Positions 62,482-64,000 of a stretch of 64,000 nucleotides of DNA are shown here, piece by piece (positions within the stretch are counted from its first letter, which is position 1; each line of letters starts with the position of its first letter). The translations under genes and the position numbers were made by a program. Source of the stretch: Phoronis australis (taxonomy: Eukaryota; Animalia; Phoronida); contig NMRA01000213.1 in NCBI GenBank assembly GCA_002633005.1, forward strand, positions 266,376 through 330,375. Reading direction: 5' to 3'. The notes below the pieces were generated by a model. It had not been told where the DNA came from. It searched no databases and was given only the letters and a program-made list of their open reading frames with translations.

Positions 62482-64000
62482 TATACCACATACTGAACGA
62501 GAAACATTGCAATGAATCGATCTACCATTCTCGACTCGCCTCGTCTTTGTAACTACTTTCTATGTCAGAGGCCCGGGGTCGGAGGTCGTGACCTTTTAAG
62601 AAAAGCCGAGATATTTTTGTAAAATAATGCTTTTACTCAGAACCAATTGAAAAATAAAACAAAATAGAAATAAAATGAATCTATAAATTAAGGTTTAGGA
62701 ACTGTTATAGCTTACTACACATTTTATCACGCTAAGCTTCGACCGGGAATATATCGTCTGCTAAAGTAAGTATGTTACCACTAGTAACTAACTATAATGC
62801 TCAAGTCAAAGGATCCCTACCACACGACACTTGCATTCAAATTGGAGATCGGTGATTTCCAAGTGAGAGAACACGAGAGAAAAATTTCACTGAGTTAAAA
62901 TATCGTTTTTATGGAAATTATGCGTCTTATTTTTCATAGCGTATAATTGTCGGTGCAATGCCCATGCGACTGTTGCGCGTGCTCATTTAAGCAAAGACGC
63001 TAACAAGACTATTCACCAAGGCCGCCGCCATTATTGTGTCATGGACTGTGGCGACACCTAGCGAGTGTGTGTGGGCCGACGAAGTACGCAAGGCATTCAC
63101 TATGGCCGATCTTAGTTTGTCAAATTCAAAATTGTCAATGAAGTGTCTTTGTTTAAAATATTGAAAACAAAAAACACGAGCATTGTAATGGAAAAATACA
63201 CATAGGCAAAATATAGAGTAAACCAAGAAAAAATTTGGGCAGCAAAGGTAATATAAATTACGAGAAATAAATCATAAGCAAGAGGGAGACTCAGTAATAA
63301 GAGCTGAGCAGATGAAAGTAGGTTATTGAAGAATGTGCATGTACCGAACCTGTAGGATTTTGTCCAGGGGGGTCAGGAATGTAATAAACATCAAATGGAT
63401 CTGCTGAAGAAGAGATAGGAGCGGGGGGGTGCCCCTCAACCAATTGAAAGGTTGGGGGCAGAGATAGCTTTCTTCCACCAATATTCCTGGTGTTAATATC
63501 AATTAATTATTAACAATTAATTATGTAAGCTTTTAACACACAAACTTTGTTTTAACATAAAATGGAGAAATTAGTAGATCTTTCTTTCAAAAATTCACAT
63601 CTTAAAGACGTTCTAGATTCAAGCAGTTGTGTCTGTGCCCATTTACATGAAACTGTCCCAAATATCGACCCAACAGGGTCATATCCAGGATTTTTTAAAG
63701 GGGGAGGGGGTCCGATAATGATTTTTTAAGAAATGTGGCCCAAGTCAACAATTTGAAAATTCTAGCATTGATATCACTACAATCAAGGAAAATGGGGGGT
63801 CCAGACCCCTTTAACCTGCCACCCTGGCTCTGCCTGTACTCAACTGAGTTGGTAAATCTTTTAGGCATTTTTTTGTTCTTTGCTCACAGTTTTTATATTT
63901 TTCCATCATTTTATCTTTATTATATTATGAACTCCTCTTTTGACTTATGATGTTTTATAATAATATAACTAAAAACTGAGCTCTTAATTCAGTCAAAACA

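Overview
Eukaryotic, AT-rich, repeat-dense window, probably from a marine invertebrate (inferred from the transposon spectrum only). I found no confidently intact host gene; almost everything recognisable is transposon-derived. Main contents: (1) three TTAA-flanked Kolobok-type elements from two families (10249-11959, 34710-~36350, 40641-42033). Each is reduced to two convergent gene heads, a THAP zinc finger and a P2X7-C-terminal/KolX-like protein start. (2) A nested cluster of three Academ-type DNA transposons (~50575-61770), including a 7.1 kb copy with long repeat-structured TIRs, a 3-bp TSD and an intron-containing, decayed transposase/XPG-like nuclease gene. (3) Relics of HERO-like, L1/Tx1-like, CR1/L2-like, Penelope and Gypsy retroelements. 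(4) Three copies of a tRNA-derived SINE and many MITEs, including a family with 5-bp TSDs. (5) A perfect 118-bp-arm palindrome. (6) A strong excess of the octamers TACATGTA and TAGGCCTA, several at deletion or insertion junctions inside decayed elements. All family assignments come from recognising motifs by eye; no searches were run.
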